The notes beneath the pieces are model-generated. The model saw nothing but the letters and a program-made list of their open reading frames with translations. It had not been told where the DNA came from and ran no database searches. 37,877 nt of DNA. Origin: Fidelibacterota bacterium. GTDB taxonomy: Bacteria; Fidelibacterota; UBA2242; JAFGTP01. Below are positions 25,739 to 35,497 of the stretch, one piece after another. Positions within the stretch are counted from its first letter, which is position 1. Each line of letters starts with the position of its first letter. Both the position numbers and the translations under genes were made by a program. Location: NCBI GenBank assembly GCA_021734005.1, contig JAIPJV010000001.1, positions 1-37,877 of the forward strand, in the 5' to 3' direction.

Positions 25739-28700
25739 ATGACTATCTACAAGGAATTACTTAAGAAAGAAAAATTAACGAAGGAAAGTTTTCAAACGCC
25801 ACCTGATCGACTAAATATTCTTCCTTTCTGGTTTTGGAATGGAGAACTGGACAAGTCAGAATTGGAATGGCAATTAAAAGAATATCACGACCGTGGAATT
25901 CCTGGTTTGTTTATTCATGGGCGTTTTGGGTTGAAAGTACCCTATCTTTCTGATGAATGGTTTGATAGAGTGGAGTTTGTAGTCCAGAAGGCGCGGGAAA
26001 TTGGAATTGATATTTGGATATATGACGAAATGAACTGGCCGAGTGGTTCAGCTAATAAAGAGGTTATAGAAAAGTATCCTCATTTGGGTCAGAAATATTT
26101 AGAAATGGTTATTCTCTGGATAGATGGACCTCTCTTTACTTATCTTGAGGCCACTGATTCACGCTATATAAATACTAATGATGCCAAACCGATTGCCGCT
26201 TACGCATGTCGCCAGGAAGAGTTTGAAAATGGGATTGAAAATTTGATTGATCTAACGCCCAACCTGTCTTTTGAAAAAGTGATTCCCTGGGAAGCCCCTG
26301 AGGGTAAGTGGGTTATGATGTACTTTTTGGAGAAGGAAATTGATTATTATATAGATGCTCTTAATCCAGAATCTACTTATCGTTTTCTTGAGCTGACTCA
26401 CGAAAGATATAAGGACGCTGTAGGTAAAGACTTTAGTGATATAATTCCTGGCTTTTATACAGATGAACCAGCAATGCATTATTATCAGGTCGGGATGGAT
26501 AACTTTGTAATACCCTGGTCCAGTAAAATGTTTAAAATATTCCGAGATCGAAATGGCTATAGTTTAAAGCCTAATCTGCCCGCTCTTTATAAAAAAATGG
26601 GTTCTGATACTGGCCAAATTCGATTTGATTTCTGGAAAACCTTATCTGATCAATATGATGATAGCTATTATAAGCAGATTCGGAATTGGTGTGAAGATAA
26701 TAATCTAATCTTTACCGGTCATCTAATGTTTGAACATTGGTTAAGAGGCCATGCACGCTGTGGAGGAAATATTTTTAGCCATCTAAAAAATTTGCATATG
26801 ACTGGTGTTGACCATCTTTACCCGAGAATTGGATCTGAAGAAGCACCTCAAGAACATGTAGAATTAAAATTAGCCAGCTCTGCCGCCCATCATTTTGGGA
26901 GTCCACGATTACTTTGTGAATCAATGGGAGGGACCTATTGGGATGTTACCCTGGAAAGAATGAAGTGGATTGCTAATTGGGAATATGTTTTGGGAGTAAA
27001 TATCTTCAATAATCATGGCTATCATTATTCTATTGAAGGAGAAAGAAAGAGGGATTGGCCTCCATCTCAATTTTATCATCATACCTGGTGGAAATATTAT
27101 GATCGTTTTACAACCTATATTTCCCGATTAGGTCATACCCTTAGTGCTGGTCATCATATTGCGGACGTTTTGATACTTTATCCAATGACAAGTATGTGGG
27201 CTAATTATGTCCCACAAGGGCACACTGATATATCAAGTGTAATCGAAGAGGATTATAATGACCTAGCAGATGCTCTATTACGCTTGCATTTTGATTATGA
27301 TTATGTTGATGAGGATATTCTATCCGATGCTACTATTCAAAATGGAAAAATAAGTATCAATGAAGAAGAATACTCAGTTCTTATCCTTCCTCCCCTTACT
27401 CATATCAAACCCCAAACTTTTGAGGTTCTAAAAAAATATATCGAACAGGGTGGAGACATAATAGCCAATAGACTTCTGCCTATAGAACTTGTTGATACTG
27501 ATGATCAAATTGATATAAAAGAACTGGAAGAATGCTTTAATATTAATCCCAAAGTCCTGTTAGAAGAATTCGAAAATGATGATGTAAAGGAAGAAATATT
27601 AAAGACTAAGGAAAATATACATCTACTTAAGGGCAATGAACTATCTGCCAGTCAGAAACGAGACAGGTGGGGAAATGTGCTTATGAATTGCATTGATCCT
27701 GATATAATTATCGACCATGAAGATGTTTTCTATTTGCATCGAAAACAAGAGGATATGCATGTATATTTCATAATTAATTCATTACAGGAAGATATTGGTG
27801 AGGTCTCGATTAGTGTCCGAAATCAATATCAACCTGAATTATGGGACCCAGAATCAGGTGAGAAAAAACCGCTATCAATTTTTGAAGTAAAGGATGGCCG
27901 GGTTAATCTTGATCTAGATTTTAATTCTAGCCAGGGTTATATTTTGATTTTTAAGAATCCTATTCCAGATGAATATATTTCAGAAAGTAATCTATCTATC
28001 GAAAGTATGAAAAATGGAAATATTATAGGAATATCAAGCAATAATGATGAAGATCCATATGTCAGGGTTCAAGGAAAAAATAGTGACAGGATGATAAAAG
28101 AGAAGCCAAAAAAGAACTTGGCACCTATAGAATTGAAACCTTCCTTTCAATTTAATATTGAGGATGATAATACTCTATGCCTCGCTGATTGGAAGATGAA
28201 AATTGAAGAAAATGAATTTAATAATAAATATTATAATACAAATTATGATGATAGTGACTGGCTATCAGTTACTAATGGTGCCTGGGAAATGCAATTACCT
28301 CAGGAACGGGATAAAGAAATTTACCCTCAAACTTTATGGTATAGGACCTGGTTCACTATTGAGGATATCCCATATAATACGCGATTATTAATTGATGGAT
28401 TTAGTGGTAGCGATTATACCCTTTATATAAATGGACAGGAGATCAAGGACAAAGGTACTCGAAGTAAGCTAGATGCAGAGATAAAAGAAGTAAGTATTCA
28501 AGATTATTTGAAAGAAGGGAAAAATTTAATCGCAGTTCGACTTATAGTTAATCGCCGTACTGATGGTATTCTTGATTTACTTAAAATTGTTGGCGATTTC
28601 GCTCTTAAACAAGTGAATCATGGGTATTGTATTGTAAAGAGACCGGTTCAAATTGATTCTGGAGATTGGACTAAGAAAGGCTTTCCCTATTATTCTGGAA

Positions 28701-28999
28701 CAGCAGTTTATTCAACTAAATTTGAATTATCAGATAAATATCTTAGTGATAGGTTGTATCTGGAAATAGACTGTGGAGAAGATGTGTTGGAGGTCAAGAT
28801 AAATGATCATCCTACTATTGTGCAGATCTGGCATCCTTATAAAATTGATATTACAGATCTCGTCCAGGAAGGAGAAAATAGGATAGTAATTAAAGTAACA
28901 AATACTTTGATAAATATGTTGGAAGCAAAACCAAAAGCATCGGGTCTCTTTAAGAATCCGGTAATTATACATAAAAGAAAATTTGAGTTTAAATATTAA
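25739..28999 (+). CDS. large glycoside hydrolase (GH106-like / jelly-roll glycosyl-hydrolase-like) with C-terminal galactose-binding-like domains
   Basis: 1086 aa. The N-terminal pattern LPFWFWNGELDKSELEWQLKEYHDRGIPGLFIHGRFGL...YLSDEWF...IWIYDEMNWPSGSA recurs in a family of large cytoplasmic or periplasmic glycosidases. Two C-terminal beta-sandwich-like segments (WYRTWFTIEDIP...LLIDGFSG.DYTLYINGQEI and YSGTAVYSTKFELSD...LYLEIDCGEDVLEVKINDH). The exact GH family is not determinable by eye. Confidence 0.65.
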   Translation: MTIYKELLKKEKLTKESFQTPPDRLNILPFWFWNGELDKSELEWQLKEYHDRGIPGLFIHGRFGLKVPYLSDEWFDRVEFVVQKAREIGIDIWIYDEMNWPSGSANKEVIEKYPHLGQKYLEMVILWIDGPLFTYLEATDSRYINTNDAKPIAAYACRQEEFENGIENLIDLTPNLSFEKVIPWEAPEGKWVMMYFLEKEIDYYIDALNPESTYRFLELTHERYKDAVGKDFSDIIPGFYTDEPAMHYYQVGMDNFVIPWSSKMFKIFRDRNGYSLKPNLPALYKKMGSDTGQIRFDFWKTLSDQYDDSYYKQIRNWCEDNNLIFTGHLMFEHWLRGHARCGGNIFSHLKNLHMTGVDHLYPRIGSEEAPQEHVELKLASSAAHHFGSPRLLCESMGGTYWDVTLERMKWIANWEYVLGVNIFNNHGYHYSIEGERKRDWPPSQFYHHTWWKYYDRFTTYISRLGHTLSAGHHIADVLILYPMTSMWANYVPQGHTDISSVIEEDYNDLADALLRLHFDYDYVDEDILSDATIQNGKISINEEEYSVLILPPLTHIKPQTFEVLKKYIEQGGDIIANRLLPIELVDTDDQIDIKELEECFNINPKVLLEEFENDDVKEEILKTKENIHLLKGNELSASQKRDRWGNVLMNCIDPDIIIDHEDVFYLHRKQEDMHVYFIINSLQEDIGEVSISVRNQYQPELWDPESGEKKPLSIFEVKDGRVNLDLDFNSSQGYILIFKNPIPDEYISESNLSIESMKNGNIIGISSNNDEDPYVRVQGKNSDRMIKEKPKKNLAPIELKPSFQFNIEDDNTLCLADWKMKIEENEFNNKYYNTNYDDSDWLSVTNGAWEMQLPQERDKEIYPQTLWYRTWFTIEDIPYNTRLLIDGFSGSDYTLYINGQEIKDKGTRSKLDAEIKEVSIQDYLKEGKNLIAVRLIVNRRTDGILDLLKIVGDFALKQVNHGYCIVKRPVQIDSGDWTKKGFPYYSGTAVYSTKFELSDKYLSDRLYLEIDCGEDVLEVKINDHPTIVQIWHPYKIDITDLVQEGENRIVIKVTNTLINMLEAKPKASGLFKNPVIIHKRKFEFKY

Positions 29000-29014
29000 T
29001 AATTTGGACAAGTT

Positions 29015-29953
29015 ATGAAAAAACAAGAAATATTAATTGTTGGTAGTGCTAATATGGATATGGTAGTGACTGTAAATCGGTTCCCTAACCCGGGTGAAAC
29101 AATATTGAGTGAAAAATTTGGCATGTTCCCTGGGGGGAAAGGAGCCAATCAGGCGGTGGCCTGTGCAAGATTAGGTTCTAAGACTCATTTTATAGGTAAA
29201 ATGGGGAATGATTTTTTTAGAGATAAACTTATCCAGAGTATGACCACAAATCAAGTTAATATGGAATATACCCTGATTGATGAGAAAGAATCGACTGGAG
29301 TCGCCCTAATTTATGTTGATGCAGATGGACAAAATGAAATTGTAGTAGTTTCAGGTAGTAATATGAAAATTACGCCAGATGAAATTGAGTCTAATGCTGG
29401 TTTATTTAAACAGGTCAATGTAGTTCTGACTCAGCTTGAAATACCCCTCGAGTCGGTAATATCAGCAGCAAAATTAACAAAGAAAAATGATGGTGATTTT
29501 ATATTAAATCCAGCTCCTGCCTGTGAAATACCAGATGAACTATTTACTATGGTAGATTATTTAACTCCTAACGAGAGTGAGCTTGCTTTATTGTCTGGCA
29601 GGCCAGTAACTGATATTAGTTCTGCCATAAAAGCGGCAAAAATAATATTAAAACAGGGGGCTAAGAATATAGTAGTAACTCTAGGAGAAAAAGGTTCGTT
29701 ATTGGTAAATAATGATCGAAGTGAGTTATTTCCTACAGATAAAGTTGAAGCTAAAGATGCAACGGCTGCTGGAGATGCTTTTAATGGTGCTCTTGCTTTT
29801 GGATTGTCTAATAATTTGGACCTAGATACAATAATACGGACGGCAAATTGTGTTGCAACTTATTCTGTAACTAAAAGAGGCGCTCAGAGCTCATTACCAA
29901 GTATAGAAGACATTGAACCATTAATTGATATTAATTTGCAAAAGGAAAATTGA
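29015..29953 (+). CDS. rbsK: ribokinase (PfkB family)
   Basis: GGKGANQAVA motif, TPNESE, and the C-terminal ribokinase signature DATAAGDAFNGALA. 312 aa. Confidence 0.8.
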   Translation: MKKQEILIVGSANMDMVVTVNRFPNPGETILSEKFGMFPGGKGANQAVACARLGSKTHFIGKMGNDFFRDKLIQSMTTNQVNMEYTLIDEKESTGVALIYVDADGQNEIVVVSGSNMKITPDEIESNAGLFKQVNVVLTQLEIPLESVISAAKLTKKNDGDFILNPAPACEIPDELFTMVDYLTPNESELALLSGRPVTDISSAIKAAKIILKQGAKNIVVTLGEKGSLLVNNDRSELFPTDKVEAKDATAAGDAFNGALAFGLSNNLDLDTIIRTANCVATYSVTKRGAQSSLPSIEDIEPLIDINLQKEN

Positions 29954-29954
29954 T

Positions 29955-30356
29955 ATGAAAAAAGAAGGGATATTGAATTCGAACTTAGCTAAAATTATAG
30001 CAGGAATGGGACACACTGATAAACTAGTTATTTGTGATAGTGGTTTGCCAATTCCCAAAAGTGCAGAATTGGTGGATTTAGCTTTAACTAAAAATATACC
30101 TCGGTTCATTGATACATTGGAAACAGTTCTAGAAGAATTAGAAGTAGAAAGCGCCATTATAACAGAAGAAATGGTTAATGGAAATCCTGAACTCTTTAAG
30201 GGAATTAAGGACCTTTTACCTAAAGTAGATTTCATAAAAGTAGATCATGAAAAGTTTAAAAATATGACAAGAAAAAATGGGAATATCTCATTTATTAGAA
30301 CAGGTGAAGTAACACCATATGCCAATATAATTCTTGTCTCTGGGGTTACTTTTTAA
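29955..30356 (+). CDS. rbsD: D-ribose pyranase (RbsD/FucU family mutarotase)
   Basis: From ATG 29955 the protein reads MKKEGILNSNLAKIIAGMGHTDKLVICDSGLPIP, close to canonical RbsD N-termini. An aaaggaaaa RBS precedes it. It starts 2 nt after the rbsK stop. The ORF-track start at 29925 is an upstream over-extension. Confidence 0.8.
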   Translation: MKKEGILNSNLAKIIAGMGHTDKLVICDSGLPIPKSAELVDLALTKNIPRFIDTLETVLEELEVESAIITEEMVNGNPELFKGIKDLLPKVDFIKVDHEKFKNMTRKNGNISFIRTGEVTPYANIILVSGVTF

Positions 30357-30386
30357 TAAAAATTAGTATATTGGAGATTGTAGTAA

Positions 30387-31877
30387 GTGAGAGTAATATA
30401 TTTTGATGTAGATACTTTGCGTCCTGATCATTTGGGATGCTATGGATATCATCGAAATACCAGCCCCAATATTGATCGAATTGCCAAAAAGGGAATATCT
30501 TTCTCAAATTGCTATACTTCCAACCCCCCTTGTTTACCAAGTCGCACTGCATTATGGAGTGGGAGGTTTGGCATTCATAGTGGAGTTGAAGGCCATGGTG
30601 GCACGGCTGCCGATCCTTTTTTAGAAGGCCCCGAAAGGTGGTTCTTATCTAATTGGGGGATTAGCAATTGGATGCATTTAATGCGAAAGCAAGGATTCAA
30701 AACGATTACATTCAGTCCTTTTGCTGAAAGACACTCTGCCTGGCAATGGTATGCTGGTTATTCAGAAATGCACAATCCTGGAAAAAGCGGGGAGGAAGTT
30801 GCCGATGATATAACTCCATCAGTGCTTGACTGGATTGAAAACAATGCCCAAAAAGATGATTGGTTTCTACACGTAAATTATTGGGATCCCCATACACCGT
30901 ATCGTACTCCTGAAAAATATGGTGATCCTTTTAAAGACGATGCTCTACCTAAATGGTATACTGAGGAGGTACGTAAGAGACATTGGCATGGCTGTGGTAG
31001 CTGGTCGGCTCAAGAAGGTATGGGGTATGGTGGATATCATCCCTATGTTAGTCCGGATTATCCACGACAACCTAATAAAATGTCTTCTCTTAAAGAGGTA
31101 CGCCGAATGTTTGATGGTTATGATACTGGCATCCGCTATGCAGATGAACATATTGGCCGAGTATTAAACGCTTTGAATGAAAAAGGGATACATGAAGATA
31201 CTGCTATAATTATTTCTGGTGACCATGGTGAAAATCTTGGAGAGCTAAATATCTATTATGATCATCAGACTGCTGATCAATTTACAGCACGAGTACCTCT
31301 TATTATTCATTGGCCTGGTATAACTGATTCACTTGCAGGTGAAACTGATACAAATCTTCATTATCAATTTGATTTAGCTGCCACTATTGTGGATTTATTA
31401 GGGGGTAAAATTCCAGATAATTGGGATGCAAAAAGTTTTGCTGGAATGTTTGAAGGTGATCAAGATGCCTGTCGGGATTACCTGGTAATCACCCAGTGTG
31501 CTCATACCTGTCAGCGAAGTGTTCGTTTTGATAATTTTATTTGTATCCGATCCTACCACGATGGCTTTCATAATTTTCCAGATATAATGTTGTTTGATTT
31601 AGAAAATGATTCCCATGAACAAAATAATATAGCAGAAGAGAGACCACAGAAAGTCGGGGAGGCAATGAAAATTCTAACGGATTGGAACAGTAAAATGATG
31701 AGAACCGCAGTCAAACCCTCAGACCCTTTATTTACAGTATTAAAGGAGGGAGGCCCTCTGCATACTCGTGATGGAGTCAAAAAGTATATAGAAAGATTAC
31801 GCGAGACCGGTCGTGCAGATTGTGCTCAAGAATTAATAAAATCACATCCAGAAATATTTAATAAAAATGAAAATTAA
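30387..31877 (+). CDS. sulfatase (formylglycine-dependent, Cys-type)
   Basis: GTG start about 10 nt after ggaga. FDVDTLRPDHLGCYG metal-site motif and CLPSRTALWSG (C-x-P-S-R at nt 30531-30545). GDHGENLGE motif downstream. No signal peptide seen. Confidence 0.85.
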   Translation: MRVIYFDVDTLRPDHLGCYGYHRNTSPNIDRIAKKGISFSNCYTSNPPCLPSRTALWSGRFGIHSGVEGHGGTAADPFLEGPERWFLSNWGISNWMHLMRKQGFKTITFSPFAERHSAWQWYAGYSEMHNPGKSGEEVADDITPSVLDWIENNAQKDDWFLHVNYWDPHTPYRTPEKYGDPFKDDALPKWYTEEVRKRHWHGCGSWSAQEGMGYGGYHPYVSPDYPRQPNKMSSLKEVRRMFDGYDTGIRYADEHIGRVLNALNEKGIHEDTAIIISGDHGENLGELNIYYDHQTADQFTARVPLIIHWPGITDSLAGETDTNLHYQFDLAATIVDLLGGKIPDNWDAKSFAGMFEGDQDACRDYLVITQCAHTCQRSVRFDNFICIRSYHDGFHNFPDIMLFDLENDSHEQNNIAEERPQKVGEAMKILTDWNSKMMRTAVKPSDPLFTVLKEGGPLHTRDGVKKYIERLRETGRADCAQELIKSHPEIFNKNEN

Positions 31878-31896
31878 TTTAAAATAGGAGAGAATC

Positions 31897-33339
31897 ATGA
31901 GGAAGGTAAATTTTGTAATAACAAGTCTGATATTGTTAGTTTTTTTACTTAGTTGCTCTCAGTCTAAAGCACCTGAATATGACCGTTTAATGAAACAAGA
32001 GGGTAAGGAGTTTCATCACGTACCAGTCGGACTATGTGAAGACTATCCCGAAGAAACAACTACTCCTGAATTAATTAAAGGAGATATGGAGTTGCTTAAA
32101 GACACTAATGTAGATCTTTTACGAATTTCTTTTGGATGGGACGCCATTGAAGCTGAGAAGGACAGTTATGATTGGCTATTCTGGGATAAATATGTAAATA
32201 CCGCTGTTGATGATTACGGAATCACACTAGTTCCTTATATTTGTTATACTCCTCGCTGGAATTCAAGAGGAAATTCGTTAATGTTCTGGAACGATCCCCC
32301 CCTAGATTTTGATGAATTTGGTGAATTTATGTTTGATATTGTAACTCGCTACAAAGATAAAATCAAAACCTGGGAATTATGGAATGAGCCTGACCTGGAT
32401 ATTTATTGGGACACTGGAGATATTGGTGCTTTTGCCGAGTTTATTAAAATTGGTTCAAAAGCAGTTAAAAGAGCCGATCCTGAAGCAAAAGTAGTCCTGG
32501 GCGGATTGGCTTATCACCCAGAGTTTTTAAAAGAGTTATTCAAAGATCACGGTTTATCTCCATATATAGATATCGTTAATATTCACAATTACTATGAAAC
32601 ATGGAGTGAACGACCGGTTGAAGATATAGATAAAAACATTAATGATATGTATAATATAATAGAAAAATATGGTGATGGCCAATCTCTCTGGATGGCAGAA
32701 GTTGGTTATAGCACTTTTCGACAGGGTACTTATGTATCCAGCTCCTATTCTGCCTATTATGATTACGAGCATACTCCCCAATATCAGGCTGTTGACCTTT
32801 TTAAAAGGATCGCCCTGGCACTCTCAACTGAGAAGCTATCGGCTCTTACCTGGTATGAAATTAAAGATCTTCCTAAAAGCGAGGAAGTGATAGGTGATAA
32901 TTATAATAACCGGTATCTAGGTATTGTCTATCCGGATTACAAACCAAAACCAACAAAAAAGGCTCTTGTCTTTTTTCGTCAGCTTTTTTCTAAACCCTAT
33001 CGCAGTATTGATGATCAACTAAATGTTAAAAAATCAGAAGGCTCAGACGCTCAGGTTCATGCCTTCGAAATGGAAGATGGAGAGATAATTGTACTTTCCT
33101 GGCTCGCTACTTGTCTCCCCGATGAAAGACCAGCAAAGCCAGAAGAATTGGTACCAGACAATCGTCATGAAGAAGTCAATATTAAAATTAACAACTCTCA
33201 AGCTGAAAATGTCTATCTTTTTGATGAATTAGGCAATAAAAAGAGCTGGCAAAATTTCAAGTTAACTGAGAATGCCACCAGTATAGAACAGGTACAGATG
33301 AAAGGTGGCCAAATTTATATATTTAAAATCAATCAATAG
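31897..33339 (+). CDS. clan GH-A TIM-barrel glycoside hydrolase lipoprotein (GH5/GH39-like)
   Basis: Lipobox LLSCSQS. WELWNEPD (acid/base NEP motif) and LWMAEVGYS (candidate nucleophile Glu), spaced as in (beta/alpha)8 clan A enzymes. aggaga RBS. Confidence 0.7.
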   Translation: MRKVNFVITSLILLVFLLSCSQSKAPEYDRLMKQEGKEFHHVPVGLCEDYPEETTTPELIKGDMELLKDTNVDLLRISFGWDAIEAEKDSYDWLFWDKYVNTAVDDYGITLVPYICYTPRWNSRGNSLMFWNDPPLDFDEFGEFMFDIVTRYKDKIKTWELWNEPDLDIYWDTGDIGAFAEFIKIGSKAVKRADPEAKVVLGGLAYHPEFLKELFKDHGLSPYIDIVNIHNYYETWSERPVEDIDKNINDMYNIIEKYGDGQSLWMAEVGYSTFRQGTYVSSSYSAYYDYEHTPQYQAVDLFKRIALALSTEKLSALTWYEIKDLPKSEEVIGDNYNNRYLGIVYPDYKPKPTKKALVFFRQLFSKPYRSIDDQLNVKKSEGSDAQVHAFEMEDGEIIVLSWLATCLPDERPAKPEELVPDNRHEEVNIKINNSQAENVYLFDELGNKKSWQNFKLTENATSIEQVQMKGGQIYIFKINQ

Positions 33340-33347
33340 GGAGTGAA

Positions 33348-33818
33348 ATGTTGCAAAAAGAGATAGAAAAAATATCAGTCAATAATTTTAGCCAATATGG
33401 GGAATTGGTTAATAAACCAGATACCGTTCCCACAGCTCGATCTGATAAGTTTAAATTTTGGTCAGATTTGGCTCATTATGATATTGGAGGCAAGAGTGAA
33501 ATTGGTATATGCACTGTTTTCTTGCAAACAAAATTGATTATAGAGGAATTGGAAAGACATAATTCTTCACCGGAGATCTTAATTCCCGGAGATGGACCTT
33601 TTTTAATCCCCCTATTATTGAACCAAAACGATACTTCTGAGATTGATATTTTTCGCGTTGAAATTGGGCAGGCAATTATTATCAATAAGGGAGTCTGGCA
33701 TGGTGCCTGCCTCCCAGTTGGTAAAAAAGAAACATCTTATTTTGTGATATTTGAACATGGCACACCAACTAAGGATGTTGAAAAAAAATCGATTCAACCA
33801 GTCGAGGTTTTACAATGA
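33348..33818 (+). CDS. ureidoglycolate-lyase-like cupin-fold protein
   Basis: 156 aa. FSQYGELV...ELERHNSSPEILIP...GVWHGACLPV...SYFVIF follows the AllA-type pattern (F..fG.v, LERH...Q...P, WH). Function in this context is unknown. Confidence 0.5.
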   Translation: MLQKEIEKISVNNFSQYGELVNKPDTVPTARSDKFKFWSDLAHYDIGGKSEIGICTVFLQTKLIIEELERHNSSPEILIPGDGPFLIPLLLNQNDTSEIDIFRVEIGQAIIINKGVWHGACLPVGKKETSYFVIFEHGTPTKDVEKKSIQPVEVLQ

Positions 33819-35494
33819 ATTCTAGAACATTACGGAACGATAACATTGAAATAATTTTTGGTAAAGATCCGTTAGATATAGTAAAAATAATTGACCGGAA
33901 AAGTAATGAAATAATTTGTAAATCTGCCCGACAACGCTTCTTGTGGCGGATTCCCGAAGAGGTCTCTGATCCTGTGTTGCTTAGCAGTGCAAAGTGGACT
34001 GGATTTGATGATAATTCTTTTAGATTTAGTTGTACTGATAGAAATGAAAACTATAGGGTTGATATTGACATGGTTTTAACTGAGTCAGGGGTGCACTTTC
34101 AAGCTGATTGGCAAGCCCCTCAACCAATCTGGTTGGTAGAGTGGAAGATTGATCATCTTCAGCTAAATGATATTTTTATACCTGCTTTAGGAGGTCAGCA
34201 TTTACGCTCTAACATGCCTGTAGGCACTGAACTTTCTTATAAATATCCCTTTTGGTGGAATGCTCAGTTTGCGATTGGAGAATCGAAAAATAATAAAGGT
34301 ATGTGTCTCTATTCCAATGATTCAAGACCGAATTTAAAGTTGTTAAGAGTTGGCAAAGAATCAAGTGGTTTTACTTTGAGCTATGGATATGAAGCCCCAG
34401 CCCCTCTAGATTCTAAACAGGTTAAATGTGATTGGTACCTGAAAACCTACCAAAATGGTTGGAAGAATGTAGTCGAGGAATACAGGGAATGGATGGAGCC
34501 GAATTTTGATTTAGAACCATTAAAAAACAAGTCTGACAATCCTAAATGGCTAAATGATATTAATTTTATTCTTGAAGTATGGGGAGCAAACCGAAGATCA
34601 GAAGAGCCTTTCCATACTTTTCAAGAGATTGAGCAGCGCCTTAAAGATTGGGAAAAGATTCATTCCCCAGATGAAACATTGCTGTATCTTCCCGGTTTTG
34701 CAGAAAATGGTATAGACTCTCATGCCCCTGATTATAATCCTAGTCCTCAAATGGGAGGATCCGAAGGGTTCCATAAGATGATGCATACTGCCCATAAACT
34801 CGGTTATAAAGTAATGATTCATACTAATGTTCTGGCAATGGCATTTTCTCATCCCGCATTTAAGGATTTTAAAAAATATCAGGTTGAAGATCCTTTTGGT
34901 CGACCTGTTTCCTGGGGCCTGGATATGGATGGCGATTGGATTACAGAACCCTATTTTGCTTATATAAATCCCGGGCAGGATAAGTGGAGTAAATTAATGG
35001 CCGATACTCTGGGTGAATTGGTCACAAAATATAACATTGATGGGATTTTTCTTGACCAAACTCTATTGGCTTTCAATGTCAGTAATGGACCTAATTTTAT
35101 TGATGGAATGCGGAGCCATGTAAAAAAGTTGCAAAGAAATTTTCCTGATATTCTATTTGCAGGAGAAGGATTGCACGAGTGTATAACTCAGCCCTTTTCA
35201 TTAGCACAGATCCATGGAATTGATAGTATTTCAAATGTACATGGGATGGAAGGGAAGCAACCATGGAGAGATGTTCATCCTATTTCTACATATCTATTTA
35301 ATCGATATACTCGGTTTATGGCCCATTTGCTTACAAAACATCCTTCTTCCCAGGAGTTCAAGAGACAGGAATCTGCTTACGAAAAATTAGAAGTAATACC
35401 TGCTCTATGTCTATATAATTCTTGTCAGGAGATGGATCTTCCTCAGACTAGAGCGATGGTTGAAAGAGCAAAAACAATTAAATCCTGGAGGTAA
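33815..35494 (+). CDS. hypothetical protein, possibly a glycoside-hydrolase-like TIM barrel
   Basis: 559-aa ORF with an ATGA overlap to the cupin gene and no signal peptide. Segments such as YKVMIHTNV and NIDGIFLDQT resemble beta-strand/catalytic-loop motifs of TIM-barrel glycosidases. No family confidently recognised. Confidence 0.55.
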   Translation: MNSRTLRNDNIEIIFGKDPLDIVKIIDRKSNEIICKSARQRFLWRIPEEVSDPVLLSSAKWTGFDDNSFRFSCTDRNENYRVDIDMVLTESGVHFQADWQAPQPIWLVEWKIDHLQLNDIFIPALGGQHLRSNMPVGTELSYKYPFWWNAQFAIGESKNNKGMCLYSNDSRPNLKLLRVGKESSGFTLSYGYEAPAPLDSKQVKCDWYLKTYQNGWKNVVEEYREWMEPNFDLEPLKNKSDNPKWLNDINFILEVWGANRRSEEPFHTFQEIEQRLKDWEKIHSPDETLLYLPGFAENGIDSHAPDYNPSPQMGGSEGFHKMMHTAHKLGYKVMIHTNVLAMAFSHPAFKDFKKYQVEDPFGRPVSWGLDMDGDWITEPYFAYINPGQDKWSKLMADTLGELVTKYNIDGIFLDQTLLAFNVSNGPNFIDGMRSHVKKLQRNFPDILFAGEGLHECITQPFSLAQIHGIDSISNVHGMEGKQPWRDVHPISTYLFNRYTRFMAHLLTKHPSSQEFKRQESAYEKLEVIPALCLYNSCQEMDLPQTRAMVERAKTIKSWR

Positions 35495-35497
35495 GTA

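Noticed and set aside
9692-33797. Other alternative-frame or antisense ORFs of 60-118 aa nested in large genes. Examples: 9692-9886, 10478-10690, 14305-14490, 15285-15500, 16762-16992, 19972-20301, 20811-21167, 23119-23328, 26252-26479, 28203-28391, 28730-29026, 29921-30235, 30346-31780 set, 32554-32890, 33476-33797, 34598-34852, 36332-36583, 36961-37406.
   Set aside because: Each is contained in or overlaps a longer ORF with clear family signatures. None has independent support.
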